From: Octopus vulgaris
Lineage: Eukaryota
Length of the DNA: 64,000 bases
Direction of reading: 5' to 3'
NCBI GenBank assembly: GCA_951406725.2
Contig: OX597833.1
Span: forward strand, 62,434,001 to 62,498,000
Program-made: the position numbers and the translations under genes
Notes under the pieces: model-generated
Told to the model about the DNA's origin: nothing
Databases searched by the model: none
What the model saw: the letters and a program-made list of their open reading frames with translations, nothing else
In this document: positions 12,668-25,669 of the stretch, piece after piece
How the letters are laid out: each line of letters starts with the position of its first letter
Numbering within the stretch: position 1 is the first letter of the stretch

Positions 12668-12869
12668 TGTTGTTGTTAAGCAACAAGACGGGTAAGGGCG
12701 ATTAGGTGATGGTCTAGGGCTTAGGGGCGGGAGACCCCAGACCTTCGAAAAAAAAAACACTGCTCGTCTTGTTGTAGTCGAGGGCTCTTCGTTGACGCCC
12801 GACACCACTGGGAGGTGGCCCTCGAAGTCGCTGGAAATGGAAATCTCCAGATCCAAATTCTTGGACAGT
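12668..12869 (-). mobile_element. Young 5'-truncated retroposon 3' end with (CAA)n tail and 13-bp TSD
   Basis: TSD gccaatatcttgt at 12655-12667 and 12870-12882; splits an older family A SINE. Confidence 0.75.
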
Positions 12870-13254
12870 GCCAATATCTTGTGAGTAGAAGGATTAACGG
12901 AGGCCTTTTCTGTGTGTGTATCTATGTATTTCTTTTATTCTTTCTTTTACTGGTTTCAGTCATTTGACTCTGGCCATGCTAGAGCACTGCCTTTAGTCAA
13001 AAGAATCGACCCTAGTACTTATTTTATCAGTCTCTTTTGCTGAACCGCAGTTGTCAAGCGATGGTGGGGAGACGTTGACATTCCATGGTTTCACTTGTAA
13101 CCATTTGACCAAAATAGTGATATGATGTTTACATTCCTTGTTGACATCACAACTGGTCATCGTGCATTTTTGAAAACCAGTGAAATGAAGGAATCCCTTA
13201 TTTGAAAAACAGAATAAGGCTGTTGACTGGAAGGACATCCATTAATAAAATACC

Positions 13255-14980
13255 CCTTCCAAAATTTTTGGGTAAAATTTTTGAAAAATTTTGGGGTAAA
13301 ATTTTTGGTGAAAATTTTCGAAAAATTTTTCGGTAAAATTTGTCAAAAATTTTCGAAAAATTTTTTGGTTAAATTTTTGGGTAAAATTTTCGGTGAAAAT
13401 TTTCAAAAAATTTTTGGGTAAAATTTTCGAAAAATTTTTTGGTAAAATTTTCGAAAAATTTTTGTGAAATTTTCAGAGAAAATTTTTGGGTAAAAATTTT
13501 TGGGGAAAATTTTCGGTGAAAATTCTCGAAAACGTTTTGGGGAAAATTTTCGAAAAATTTTTGGGTAAAATTTTCAGTGAAAAGTTTCAAAAAATTTTTG
13601 GTGAAAATTTTGGAAAAATTTTTGGGTAAAATTTTCGGTGAAAATTAAAAAAAAAATTATGGAAAGTCAGCGGTGCCAAAATCACAAAGTATGGAAAGCC
13701 AGCGGTGCCAAAATCACAAAGTATGGAAAGCCAGCGGTGCCAAAATCACAAAGTATGGAAAGCCAGCGGTGCCAAAATCACAATGTATGGAAAGCCAGCG
13801 GTGCCAAAATCACAATGTATGGAAAGCCAGTGGTGCCAAAATCACAAAGTATGGAAAGCCAGCGGTGCCAAAATCACAAATTATGGAAATTTTCGAAAAC
13901 TTTTTGGTGAAAATTTTCAAAAAATTTTTGTGTAAAATTTTGGTGAAAATTTTCAAAAAATTTTTGGGTAAAATCTTCGGTGAAAATTTTCGAAAAACTT
14001 TTGGGCAAAATTTTCGGTGAAAATTTTAAAAAAATTATGGAAAGCCAGGGGTGCTAAAATCACAAAGTATGGAAAGCCAGCGGTGCCAAAATCACAAAGT
14101 ATGGAAAGCCAGCGGTGCCAAAATCACAAAGTATGGAAAGCCAGCGGTGCCAAAATCACAAAGTATGGAAAGCCAGCGGTGCCAAAATCATAAAGTATGG
14201 AAAGCCAGCGGTGCCAAAATCATAAAGTATGGAAAGCCAGCGGTGCCAAAATCATAAAGTATGGAAAGCCAGCGGTGCCAAAATCACAAAGTATGGAAAT
14301 TTTCGAAAAATTTTTGGGTAAAATTTTTGGTGAAAATTTTCAAAAAATTTTTGGGTATAATTTTCGGTGAAAATTTTCAAAAAATATTTGGGTATAATTT
14401 TCGGTGAAAATTTTCAAAAAATTTTTGGGTAAAATTTTCGGTGAAAATTTTCGAAAAATTTTTGGGTAAAATTTTCGGTGAAAATTTTCAAAAAATTTTT
14501 GGTGAAAATTTTCGAAAAATTTTTGGGCAAAATTTTCGGTGAAAATTTTCGAAAAATTTTTGGGCAAAATTTTCGGTGAAAATTTTCGAAAAATTATGGT
14601 AAGCCAGCGGTGCCAAAATCATAAAGTATGGAAAGCCAGCGGTGCCAAAATCATAAAGTATGGAAAGCCAGCGGTGCCAAAATCATAAAGTATGGAAAGC
14701 CAGCGGTGCCAAAATCATAAAGTATGGAAAGCCAGCAGTGCCAAAATCACAAAGTATGGAAATTTTCGAAAAATTTTTGGTGAAAATTTTCAAAAAATTT
14801 TTGGGTAAAATTTTTGGTGAAAATTTTCAAAAAATTTTTGGGTAAAATTTTCGGTGAAAATTTTCAAAAAATTTTTGGGTAAAATTTTCGGTGAAAATTT
14901 TCGAAAAATCTTTGGGCAAAATTTTCGGTGAATTTTTGGGTGAAAATTTTCGAAAAATTTTCCAAAACAAGTATGGAAGA
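13255..14980. repeat. Compound satellite: 32-bp unit arrays alternating with A/T-tract arrays
   Basis: GTATGGAAAGCCAGCGGTGCCAAAATCA(C/T)AAA x7 (13658-13885), x8 (14036-14298), x5 (14595-14760), separated by GGTGAAAATTTTCGAAAAATTTTTGGGTAAAATTTTC-type repeats. Confidence 0.95.
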
Positions 14981-15180
14981 CTGATGTTAAATGAATGAAC
15001 ATATATGATCATCATCATATATATAATAATAATAATTATGAACAAATATATAATTATCATCATTTAATATCCAATTTCCATGCTGGCTTGGACAGTTTGA
15101 TAGGAGCTGGTCAGTTGGAGAGCTGACCAGGTTCAAATTATCCGTTTTGGCATGGTTTCTACAGCTGGATGTCCTTAATG

Positions 15181-15231
<51 letters not shown>

Positions 15232-16639
15232 GAGGTGCGTGGGTTAGGGTTTTGAACTCATGATCGTAAGATTGTGGTTTCGATTCCTGGACTGGGCAAC
15301 GCCTTGTGTTCTTGAGCAAGACACTTCATTTCATGTTGCTCCAGTTCACTCAGCTGGCAAAAATTAGATAGACTGGCACCCCGTCCAGTTGGGGAACACA
15401 TACGCCATAGAAACCGGGAAACCAGGCCCATGAGCCTGGCTAGGCTTTTAAAGGGTGCATTTATTTTATATATATATATATAATACATACAAAAAAAGAG
15501 AGAGGTGTTGCTAAATATTTGGTGGCATATCTCCTAAAAAAGATGATCTTGTGTAATGTTATATATCAATATATATAATGTAGCTATGTTCTGAATAAAT
15601 ACGCTACAGAAATGTATGTAGTAATATTCACAATACCCATTCATCACGTGAAAAACAACATTCGAGTGAGGTTGTTGCCAGTGCCACTGGACTGGTTCCT
15701 GTGCAAGTGTCACATAAAAAACACCATTTGAGTGTGGCCGTCATCAGTACCGCCTGACTGGCCCTCATGCCGGTGGCAGGTAAAAACACCCACTATACTC
15801 TCGGAGTGGTTGGCGTTAGGAAAGGCATCCAGCTGTAGAAACTCTGCCAGATCAGACTGGAGCCTGGTGCAGCCATTTGGCTCACCAGTTCTCAGTCAAA
15901 CTCTCCAACCTATGCTAGCATGGAAAGCAGACGTTAAACGATGATGATGATGATGTATATAATTCGTTTTACATCTGTTCTTTTATGTGTATGTATGTGC
16001 ATATATATATCACCGTGACCGACCAGGCTATCAGATGTTGCTACACATCGCTGGTCACAATGCGCTTAGCATTGTTTTTAACCTTCAAATGATGCCACCC
16101 CGCTGGCTAAGCGAGCAGGCCAACAGAAGAAAGAATGAGAGAAAGTTGTGGCAAAAGAGTACAGCAGAGATCGCCACAACCCCCTGCCGGAGCCTCGTGG
16201 AGCTTTAGGTGTTTTCGCTCAATAAACACTCACAACGCCCGGTCTGGGAATCGAAACTGCGATCCTACAACCGTGAGTCCGCTGCCCTAACCATTGGGTC
16301 ATTTGCGCCTCCACACACACACACACACATACATACATACATATATATAAATAAATTTTTTTAAAAATGATGTTTAATAAATTTATTCAGAAACTGAAAT
16401 ATGCTTCACATCTCACAACTCCTAAGTTTCATTACTTGAACTTATTTTATGGGGGGAAAACTATTAGTTGTAATGCAGATAACGAAGGCAGTTCAGCTTT
16501 TGAATAAATTTGTTACGCACAACATGTTGGTATTGAGTTCTTTTATTTAAACCTACTTTAACTCCTTTTATAATATCTAATATATATCATATGAATGTCA
16601 GTTTTTAAAATCTTTTGTCCCCTGCTCCCTCTTTCTCAG

Positions 16640-16762
16640 GTTTACGCAGTTTTTCCATCTTTTGTCCCACGAGTTATGTGCAAGGTCGTTGAAGCTGTTG
16701 CTGAAGAACTCTCTCGTCTGATGCTGTGTAGTACAGGTTTCAATTCCAACGGAGCTCTTCAG
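16640..16762 (+). CDS. EXOC2: EXOC2 internal exon (VYAVFPSFVPRV...FNSNGALQ)
   Basis: ctttctcag acceptor, CAG|gtgag donor, 123 nt, phase 0/0. Confidence 0.95.
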
Positions 16763-17271
16763 GTGAGCTGCTATGTTATGTTGTTGTTTCTTCTTTGTTT
16801 ACTGGTTTCACTCATTGGACTGTGGGCCATGCTGTAGCTCCACCTTCAAGGGTTTTAGTTGATTATGTCGATGCCTTAATAATAATAATAATTTTCTAAT
16901 TTAATAATAATAAATTTTCTTTACATAATTTATTAATTTTTGAAAAGTAGCCTCGCCTGGCCCCCGTGCCGGTGGCACGTAAAAAGCACCATCCGTCTGT
17001 GGCCGTTGCCAGCCTCACCTGGCCCCCATTTGCCAGCTCCGTCTGGCACCTGTGCGGGTGGCATGTAAAAAGCACCCACTACACTCATGGAGTGGTTGGC
17101 GTTAGGAAGGGCATCCAGCCGTAGAAACATTGCCAGATCAGACTGGGCCTGGTGCAGCCTTCTGGCTTCCCAGACCCCAGTTGAACCGTCCAACCCATGC
17201 TAGCATGGAAAGCGGACGCTTGATGATGATGATGATGATGATGAATAAGAGCAACATTGTTTATATTTCAG

Positions 17272-17333
17272 GCTCGTCTTGAACTGATTGCTCTGCAAGA
17301 CGCCGTGTCCGCTTACCGAAATGATGCTGCCAT
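17272..17333 (+). CDS. EXOC2: EXOC2 internal exon (ARLELIALQDAVSAYRNDAA)
   Basis: atttcag acceptor, AT|gtaagt donor, 62 nt, phase 0/2. Confidence 0.95.
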
Positions 17334-18380
17334 GTAAGTAGTCTTTGAATTATTCTGTCTTTGTTCTCTCTCGTGTCTTGTTGAATTCTTGTTTAAATTT
17401 GTTTAAATTTGAAGAATTAAAACTTCTGTTGTTGAATACGTGTGTTTGGGTGAATATGCAAACATACACATTGTAAACTGGTGAGTGTTAGGAAGGGCAT
17501 CCAGCCGTGAAAAACCATGCTGCGAAAGTAGACAGTGGGGTTTGCTGCATTCCTCTGGCTTATCTGTTCCTGTTAAACCATCCAATCCATGCCAGCATGG
17601 AAGACAGACGTGAAATGATGATGATGATGATACGTGTGTTTGTCTCTGTAGTATATTTATACATATGTATCTGTATATTTGTATAGGGCAGGAGTGGCTG
17701 TGTGGTAAATAGCACATGGTTCCGGGTTCAGTCCCATTGCGTGGCACCTTGGGCAAGTGTCTTCTACTATAGCCTCGGATCAACCAGAGCCTTGTGAGTG
17801 GATTTGTTAGATGGAAACTGAAAGAAGCCTGTCATATATATATGTATGCATGTGTGTGTGTGTATATGTTTGTGTGTCTGTGTTTGTCTCCCCCACCATT
17901 GCTTGACAACCAATGCTGGTGTATTTACGTCCCTGTAACTTAGCAGTTCGACAAGGGAGACTGATAGAATAAGTAGCAGGCTTACAAAGAATAAGTCCTG
18001 GGGTTGATTTGTTCGACAGAGGCCATGCTCCAGCATGGCCACAGTCAAATGACTGAAGCAAATAAAAAAATAAAAGAATATATATATATGTTTGTGTGTG
18101 TGTGTGTGTGTAACCAATTGTTAATGATTTCCTAAATGACCCTCTCCTCTTTCTTCCTCTTCTGCCACTTCTACAAGGACTTCTTCATCATTAATATTCT
18201 AATCTTTTCCCCTGCCTTTATCATTCATCTTGCCTTCTGTTTATAAAATAAAAGTCCCACTCACATACTGGGTTTCATTTAACTGATTCTACCATTTCCA
18301 CCTCAAAATATTCCATTTCATGTCTTTGTCAGAATTCAATATTTACATTTATTTATTTCCGTTTTTCCTCTAAATTTCAG

Positions 18381-18434
18381 AAAACATTTCCAAGAAGCTT
18401 TGGCCATTCTCACACCAATCGGCTCAAGTAAAAA
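18381..18434 (+). CDS. EXOC2: EXOC2 penultimate exon (KHFQEALAILTPIGSSK)
   Basis: atttcag acceptor, AA|gtaagt donor, 54 nt, phase 2/2; resembles human SFKQALEAL. Confidence 0.92.
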
Positions 18435-18489
18435 GTAAGTGAAGACATTTTTCTGGGGGTTTTTTGTTTTATCTTTCTTCAACATTTTG

Positions 18490-19070
18490 GTGTGATATCA
18501 TCTCTCTCATTTTTCTTAGTGTGATATCTCTCCTTTTCCTTATTCTTAGTGTAATATCATCTCTCTACAGCAAATTTATGTAATATCATCTTTCTCTTAC
18601 TCACTCTCTCTCTCTCTCTCTCTCTCTGTAAAATCATCTCTACTATAACTTCATGTGATATCATCTCTCTCCTACACATTTCTTAGTGTGATATTATTTC
18701 TCCATCTCTGCTTCTTAGTAAGATATCTCTGTTTCCATCATCTCTCAACAGCAGATTAATGTGATATCATCTCTCTCTACTTTTTAGTGTAATATCATCT
18801 CTACTTTACTTCATGTGATATCATCTCTCCACTACTTCTTCATGTGATATCATCTCTCTCTTACTTTTCAGTGTGATATCTCTCTGTTTTTAATCCTCAC
18901 TTTCTACTTCTTAGAGTGATATCATTTCCTCTACTGCAACTTAATGGGATATCATCTCTCCTTCTCCTACTTCTTAATGTGATATCTCCCTCTCCACTTC
19001 TTACTGAGATATCATCTCTCTCTTTATATTTAGTGTCATATCATCTCTCTCTCTCCTTAATGTGATATAT
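18490..19070. repeat. Degenerate ~30-bp minisatellite (GTGATATCATCTCTCTC core)
   Basis: Many recurrences of tg(a/t)gatatcatctct-like cores. Confidence 0.85.
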
Positions 19071-19109
19071 AACCATAATAAACAACCCATGTGATATGTG
19101 TGTTGTATG

Positions 19110-19145
<36 letters not shown>

Positions 19146-20868
19146 CACACATACATTGATTTATCTCGTGTATTCCACGCTATTTAATATTTAGACTTTA
19201 CACTTTGTTATTGGATTTTGTTTTTATTGTTCATGTCTCACCTGTTCATTAATTAATTACCTGTGTATCATCATGTCACGCTGACACTAAATTAACAAGG
19301 ATTTCCCCTGGATTACACCTGTTGCTCCTTTTTTTTCCTTATAAGCATCCTCTAATTGTAAAGTTGCTGAAAACACTACACGACTATATATATATATATG
19401 TATATATACACACTATGTACTCATTAGTGGACCTTTAATTCTATCTATATACACCTGATTACCTTACATAACACACATTCACACACACAGTGCCTGCAAA
19501 ATGGTATTTATGGTAGTAGAGGTCAGTGACTGGCTGTGATGTCTCTGGTTGTCCACCATGTCATGGCTGAATGGTTAAAGGGATTTGCTTCCCAACCACA
19601 TGATTTCAGGTTCAGTTCCACCGTGTGGAACCATGGGCAGACGGCTTCTACTAAATCCTACCTACCCACATATCTATTTACCTACCTACCTACAAACCTA
19701 TATCCCCAAATATCTACCCACTCACCTACCTACCTAGCTACATAAATACGTAATTCATACCTACCTACCTGCCTACCCATCTACATCCCCAAATATTTAC
19801 CCACTCACCTACCTACCTACATACATACATACATACATACATACATACCTATTTCTTTATTACCCACAAGGGGCTAAACATAGAGAAGACAAACAAGGAC
19901 AGACAAACGGATTAAGTCGATTACATCGATCCCAGTGTGTAACTGGTATTTAATTTATCGACCCCGAAAGGATGAAAGGCAAAGTCGACCTCGGCAGAAT
20001 TCTAACTCAGAACGTAATGACAGACAAAATGTCGCTAAGCATTTCACCTGGTGCGCTAACGCTTCTGCCAGCTCGACGCCTGCATACATATATACCTACC
20101 TACTAACTTACCTACCTACATCTCCAAATATCTACCCTCTCACCTACCCACCCACCTACCTTTTTTACCTAGCTGCCAGAAAACAATATACCTAAGATGT
20201 ATCTGTACTAAAAATATTTGAAGAAATTATTTTAAAAAATGAAAATTTTTCTATCATGATGTTTTGAAATTTTGAATGATTTCTCTTTAATTTGCCAACA
20301 TTATCTTGAAACTATTTTGTTTGCAAACACATCTATCTGTTTACCTCTTTGTCTGTCTCTCTCTGTTTGCCTGTCTACCTATCTATGTGTCAGCCTGTCT
20401 CTGTCTTATTCTGTTATCATCATGATAGGTATCTGCGTGTGTCTGTATTTTTCTACATTTGTAGGTGCCGGCATGGCTGTATGATTAAGAGGTTTGTTTC
20501 CCCAACGATGTGGTCCTGTGTTCAATCTCACTGTGTGGCACTTTTACTATAGCCCCAGAATGACCAGACCCTTGTAAGTGGATCTGATAGGTAGAAACTT
20601 GAAACCCAGTGTGTGTCACTTATATATGCCATGAAAACTAAGTGACTAGCCCTAGGAGCCCCAGAACATGAGACAGCAGTGTACATGAGTTGATGATGAT
20701 GATGATACGTACATATGTCATCATCATTATCATCATCATCATTTGACATCCATTTTCCATGCTGGCATCAGTTGGATGGTTTGACAGGAGCTGGCAAGGC
20801 CAGAGAGCTGCACCAGGCCCCAGTTGTCTGTTTTTGACATAGTTTCTACAGCTGGACAGCCTTTCTAA

Positions 20869-21671
20869 TACCTATTTCTTTACTACCCACAAGGGGCTAA
20901 ACACAGAGAGGACAAGCAAGGACAGACAAACGGATTAAGTCGATTACATCGACCCCAGTCCGTAACTGGTACTTAATTAATCGACCCCAGTCGGTAACTG
21001 GTACTTAATTAATCGACCCCAAAAGGATGAAAGACAAAGTCGACCTTGACGGAATTTGAACTCAGAATGTAACGGCAGACGAAATACCTATTTCTTTACT
21101 ACCCACAAGGGGCTAAACACAGAGAGGACAAGCAAGGACAGACAAACGGATTAAGTCGATTACATCGACCCCAGTCTGTAACTGGTACTTATTTAATCGA
21201 CCCCGAAAGGATGAAAGGCAAAGTCGACCTCGGCGGAATTTGAACTCAGAACGTAATGGCAGACGAAATACCTATTTCTTTACTACCCACAAGGGGCTAA
21301 ACACAGAGAGGACAAACAAGGACAGACAAAGGGATTAAGTCGATTACATCAACCCCAGTGCGTAACTGGTACTTATTTAATCGACCCCAAAAGGATGAAA
21401 GACAAAGTCGACCTTGGCGGAAGTTGAACTCAGAATGTAGCGGCAGACGAAATACCTATTTCTTTACTACCCACAAGGGGCTAAACACAGAGAGGACAAA
21501 CAAGGGGATCAAGTCGATTACATCGACCCCAGTTCGTAACTGGTATTTAATTTATCGACCCCGAAAGGATGGAAGGCAAAGTGAACCTCGGCGGAATTTG
21601 AACTCAGAATGTAGCGGCAGACGAAATACCGCTAAGCATTTCGCCCGGTGTGCTAACGTTTCTGCCAGCTG
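20869..21671 (-). mobile_element. tRNA-derived SINE family B, head-to-tail tetramer
   Basis: Four units of about 184-216 bp; body motif GCCTTTCATCCTTTCGGGGTCGATAAATTAAGTACCAG. Other copies: 2895-3108(-; TSD ccgtagaagaaaggata), 19848-20075(-), 31952-32362 (dimer), 36628-36850, 40965-41198, 46465-46665, 62580-62990, plus older copies at 33600-38165 and 57490-57700. Confidence 0.85.
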
Positions 21672-22039
21672 GTAGTTCCTGTCTACCAAATCCACTGACA
21701 AGGCTTTGGTCGGCTTAACGCTACAGCGAACACTTGCCCTAGGTGCCATGCGGTGGGATTGAACCTGGAGCCATATGGTTGGGAAGCAAAACTTCTTAAC
21801 CACCCAGCCACGCTCGTGCCTAAACCATGCCTGTTGATGTGTGTGTTTTAGTCCGAAACAAATATTTCTGTTCAAATATCTGTTTGCATATATGTTTTTG
21901 AACCTATGTTTATACATCCATCTACATATATATATATATATATATATATCCCCATATCCAAACAAGCCAGCCTGCCTTATTCACAGATGCTCTTTTTTTA
22001 TGTTTGTTTGTCATTGCTTTATGAAACTATCCAAGCTTG

Positions 22040-22851
<812 letters not shown>

Positions 22852-24494
22852 TATGAAAGAGAGAGACAGAGAACTGACAGTAGTGACATCTGTTGTAATG
22901 TGATGTTGTAGCCGTAGAAGGTAGACCTTGAATGAATCTTTCAAAGACAAAATATTCTAAATATACCATTTATAATGTAATTCCAAGACCAAACTTTGTT
23001 GAAATAACGAGGCAGGTCTTCACTTATGGGCTTCCATTGTTTTTACTCGTATATATCACCATCATCATCATCATTTGACATCCACTTTTCTATGCTTGCC
23101 CGGATTGGACTGAATTTCGTTGAGGTGAATGTTCTCTGGCTGAATGCCCTTATTGTCCCCAACCCTCACCTGTTTCCGGGCAAGATGATATTTCCCTATG
23201 ACCAGACATGTTTTTATGGAAGATTGGAAACAAATGCTGCTCTGATGGGGGCCCTCGGTTATGACTATCATGCAACGTCAAGGCAAGGGGCCAAAAACAC
23301 ACACACACTCATGTACAGGTCGGGTCAAAGGTCATGTGCAAAATCGATTCAATATATTTGGGAAATGTCAGATGTGCTTCGATTTTTCTAAAATTGAATA
23401 AAATATGTGAAATAACGATGAATACACTCGTACTTGTACAGGATGAACAAAATGAATAATAATAATAACAACAACATAATGTGTCAAATTATTTTAGTAC
23501 ATGGTTTTTGGATCAACCTCTGTAAACACACACACACACACGGTGGACATTGTTCAGCTTCCATCTACCAAATCTACTCACAAGATTTTGATTAGTCCAG
23601 GGTTGTAAGAGGAGGTGGTGAGCTGGCAAAAACGTTAGCACACCAGGCGAAATGTTTAGTCTTAACACCAACCACTCTACAGAGTGTACTGGGTGCTTTT
23701 TATGTGGCACTGACTCTAGTGAAGTCCCCAAGGAGGAAGGTGGCTTTATACAAGGGGATGAGGGTTGAAAGTATAACAGAGGGACAGAAAGGGGCCACTT
23801 GCTGTAGAGGAGATACATGATTACCTCAGTTGGAAAAAGAGAGATTATGGTGGTGAAGAGATGAGAGGGCATAACCTCAAGTTAGAGGAAAGGGAATTGG
23901 ACATGATGAATGAGGTGTGTGTGTGGATGGGGGGTGGGGGTAAGCGAAGGGAGAGTGGCAGAATGCAGTGAATGGTGGTCAAATGTGAATATTAATTTTG
24001 TAGGGGAGTTGGTGGAGGAAATATGAGGCAAAGGGTTGTAAAATATATTATACATGATGCAAGCTATCTGATGTAGAACTCAATACACTGTGATCAGCCA
24101 AGGGTGAAACTTAGGTAAACTGTTTTTTTATTTTGTGGTCTACCTGATGAAGCCACATTATGACAAGAAATGCAAAGAAGGGCAACTTTGTCCAACTTAA
24201 TTACTTCGTCGGGGCTGATTCCAGGGACAGGACTGAGAAATGAATCTAAAATAAACAAGCGTTAATACTAATGGTGGTGCTCCAGCATGGCCACAGCCTC
24301 TTGCTGAAACTAATAAACGGATATATATATAGAATGGTTGTATACTGTCAATTTAACGTGACAGTAGGGGGTTACACTACTGCTGCTTAGCCCCAGGAAG
24401 CATCGACGCCTCCTGATGGCTTTGACACATTTTTCCTGTGTCCTTATATACATTTACGAAGGGGAGACAAACACCCCCAGCAGCCAGGCCTGCA

Positions 24495-24541
24495 TCTAGA
24501 GACACGCATGTTTCAGGATCATTGTCCTTCATCAGTCTAGA
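24495..24541 (-). ncRNA. Type I hammerhead ribozyme, apparently intact
   Basis: Minus strand reads TCTAGA CTGATGA AGGA caatga TCCT GAA ACATGCGTGT C TCTAGA: 6-bp stem I, full CUGAUGA/GAAA core, 4-bp stem II, near-palindromic stem III, GUC cleavage triplet. Confidence 0.8.
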
Positions 24542-25669
24542 GTAGCAGACGCCCGTCAGCTGTTGATATCTGTCCCTATTCACAAATGTATATATCTAAT
24601 TTCAGTGAAGTTTATTCACTGATTACCAAAATCAGAAATATTAAATTTCTAAATCTCTCATTGAGATATGTACGGTATCATTTATGAAAGTAAAATAACA
24701 AAGCTAGTCTCATAGCTTGAATATCATTGAGCCTAGGGCTTGCTCAATCTGGGCTGACCTGGGGTTAAACAACAACAACAAACCCCTCCCTATCACTGCA
24801 GATTATTGATATATTTAGGGATCTATAATGGAGCTTGTAGAAGGTCACTTGACCTTCAAGAAATAACTAAATGTCCCTTATATTATACCCTACTCTCTTA
24901 TACAGGGAGGGTTACATTGGATAAAGGAATACTGGTCATATTGGGAGCAGAATGTCATTGATATAATTGACTGATATCTATTGAAGGTTGTGCTCCAGTA
25001 TGACCACAATTCAATAACTGAAACCAGTGAATGAGTAAACAGATGCATGTGTGTTTGTAATTGTGTGTAAGTCAAAATCCAAGAAATCCAAATGATAAAT
25101 TTTTCTGCAAGGATTAAATAAAGCCTAATGTTAGATGTGAGAAGTGAATAAAAATTTTTTTTTTCTGTATTGCTACTATGTGATTACAGCTGTTTCGTAA
25201 CTTTCATCATATCGTACTATTAATCATGGTTCACAAAACTATTTACAACAAAATGTATTGCTCAATGTTCTACACTACAACTGTATATTCACAAATTGAT
25301 GTGAATAAAGAAAGCTAATTCATCAGATCATCTGAACATTTTGGTTGCATCTACGATTCAAATTTGAGTAAAGCACTTTATCTCATTACGTTATGTGTAA
25401 ACAAACATAAGTTTGTGTTTGAAGGGTTGAAATATATTGTAGAACAAATAGAAAGATTATTTTTTTTTCAACACATAAATACTGAACAGTATATATAAAG
25501 GATAAAATCCTTTTATGGGGACGGTGGGGTATATGTGTCTCAGAAACCAGGAAACCAACTCTGTGAATTTATATGATTCACAGAGGATCAATGTAGCAAT
25601 ATGTTGGATTATCTTCCAGTAAAGCCCCACAAAATCTTACAGATTTCCCCATCTATCCTGTAATATTTT

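Noticed and set aside
13658-14760. 32-bp repeats resembling a CRISPR array, and the repetitive ORFs over them
   Set aside because: Units are directly adjacent with no unique spacers, there are no cas genes and the context is a eukaryotic intron; it is a satellite.
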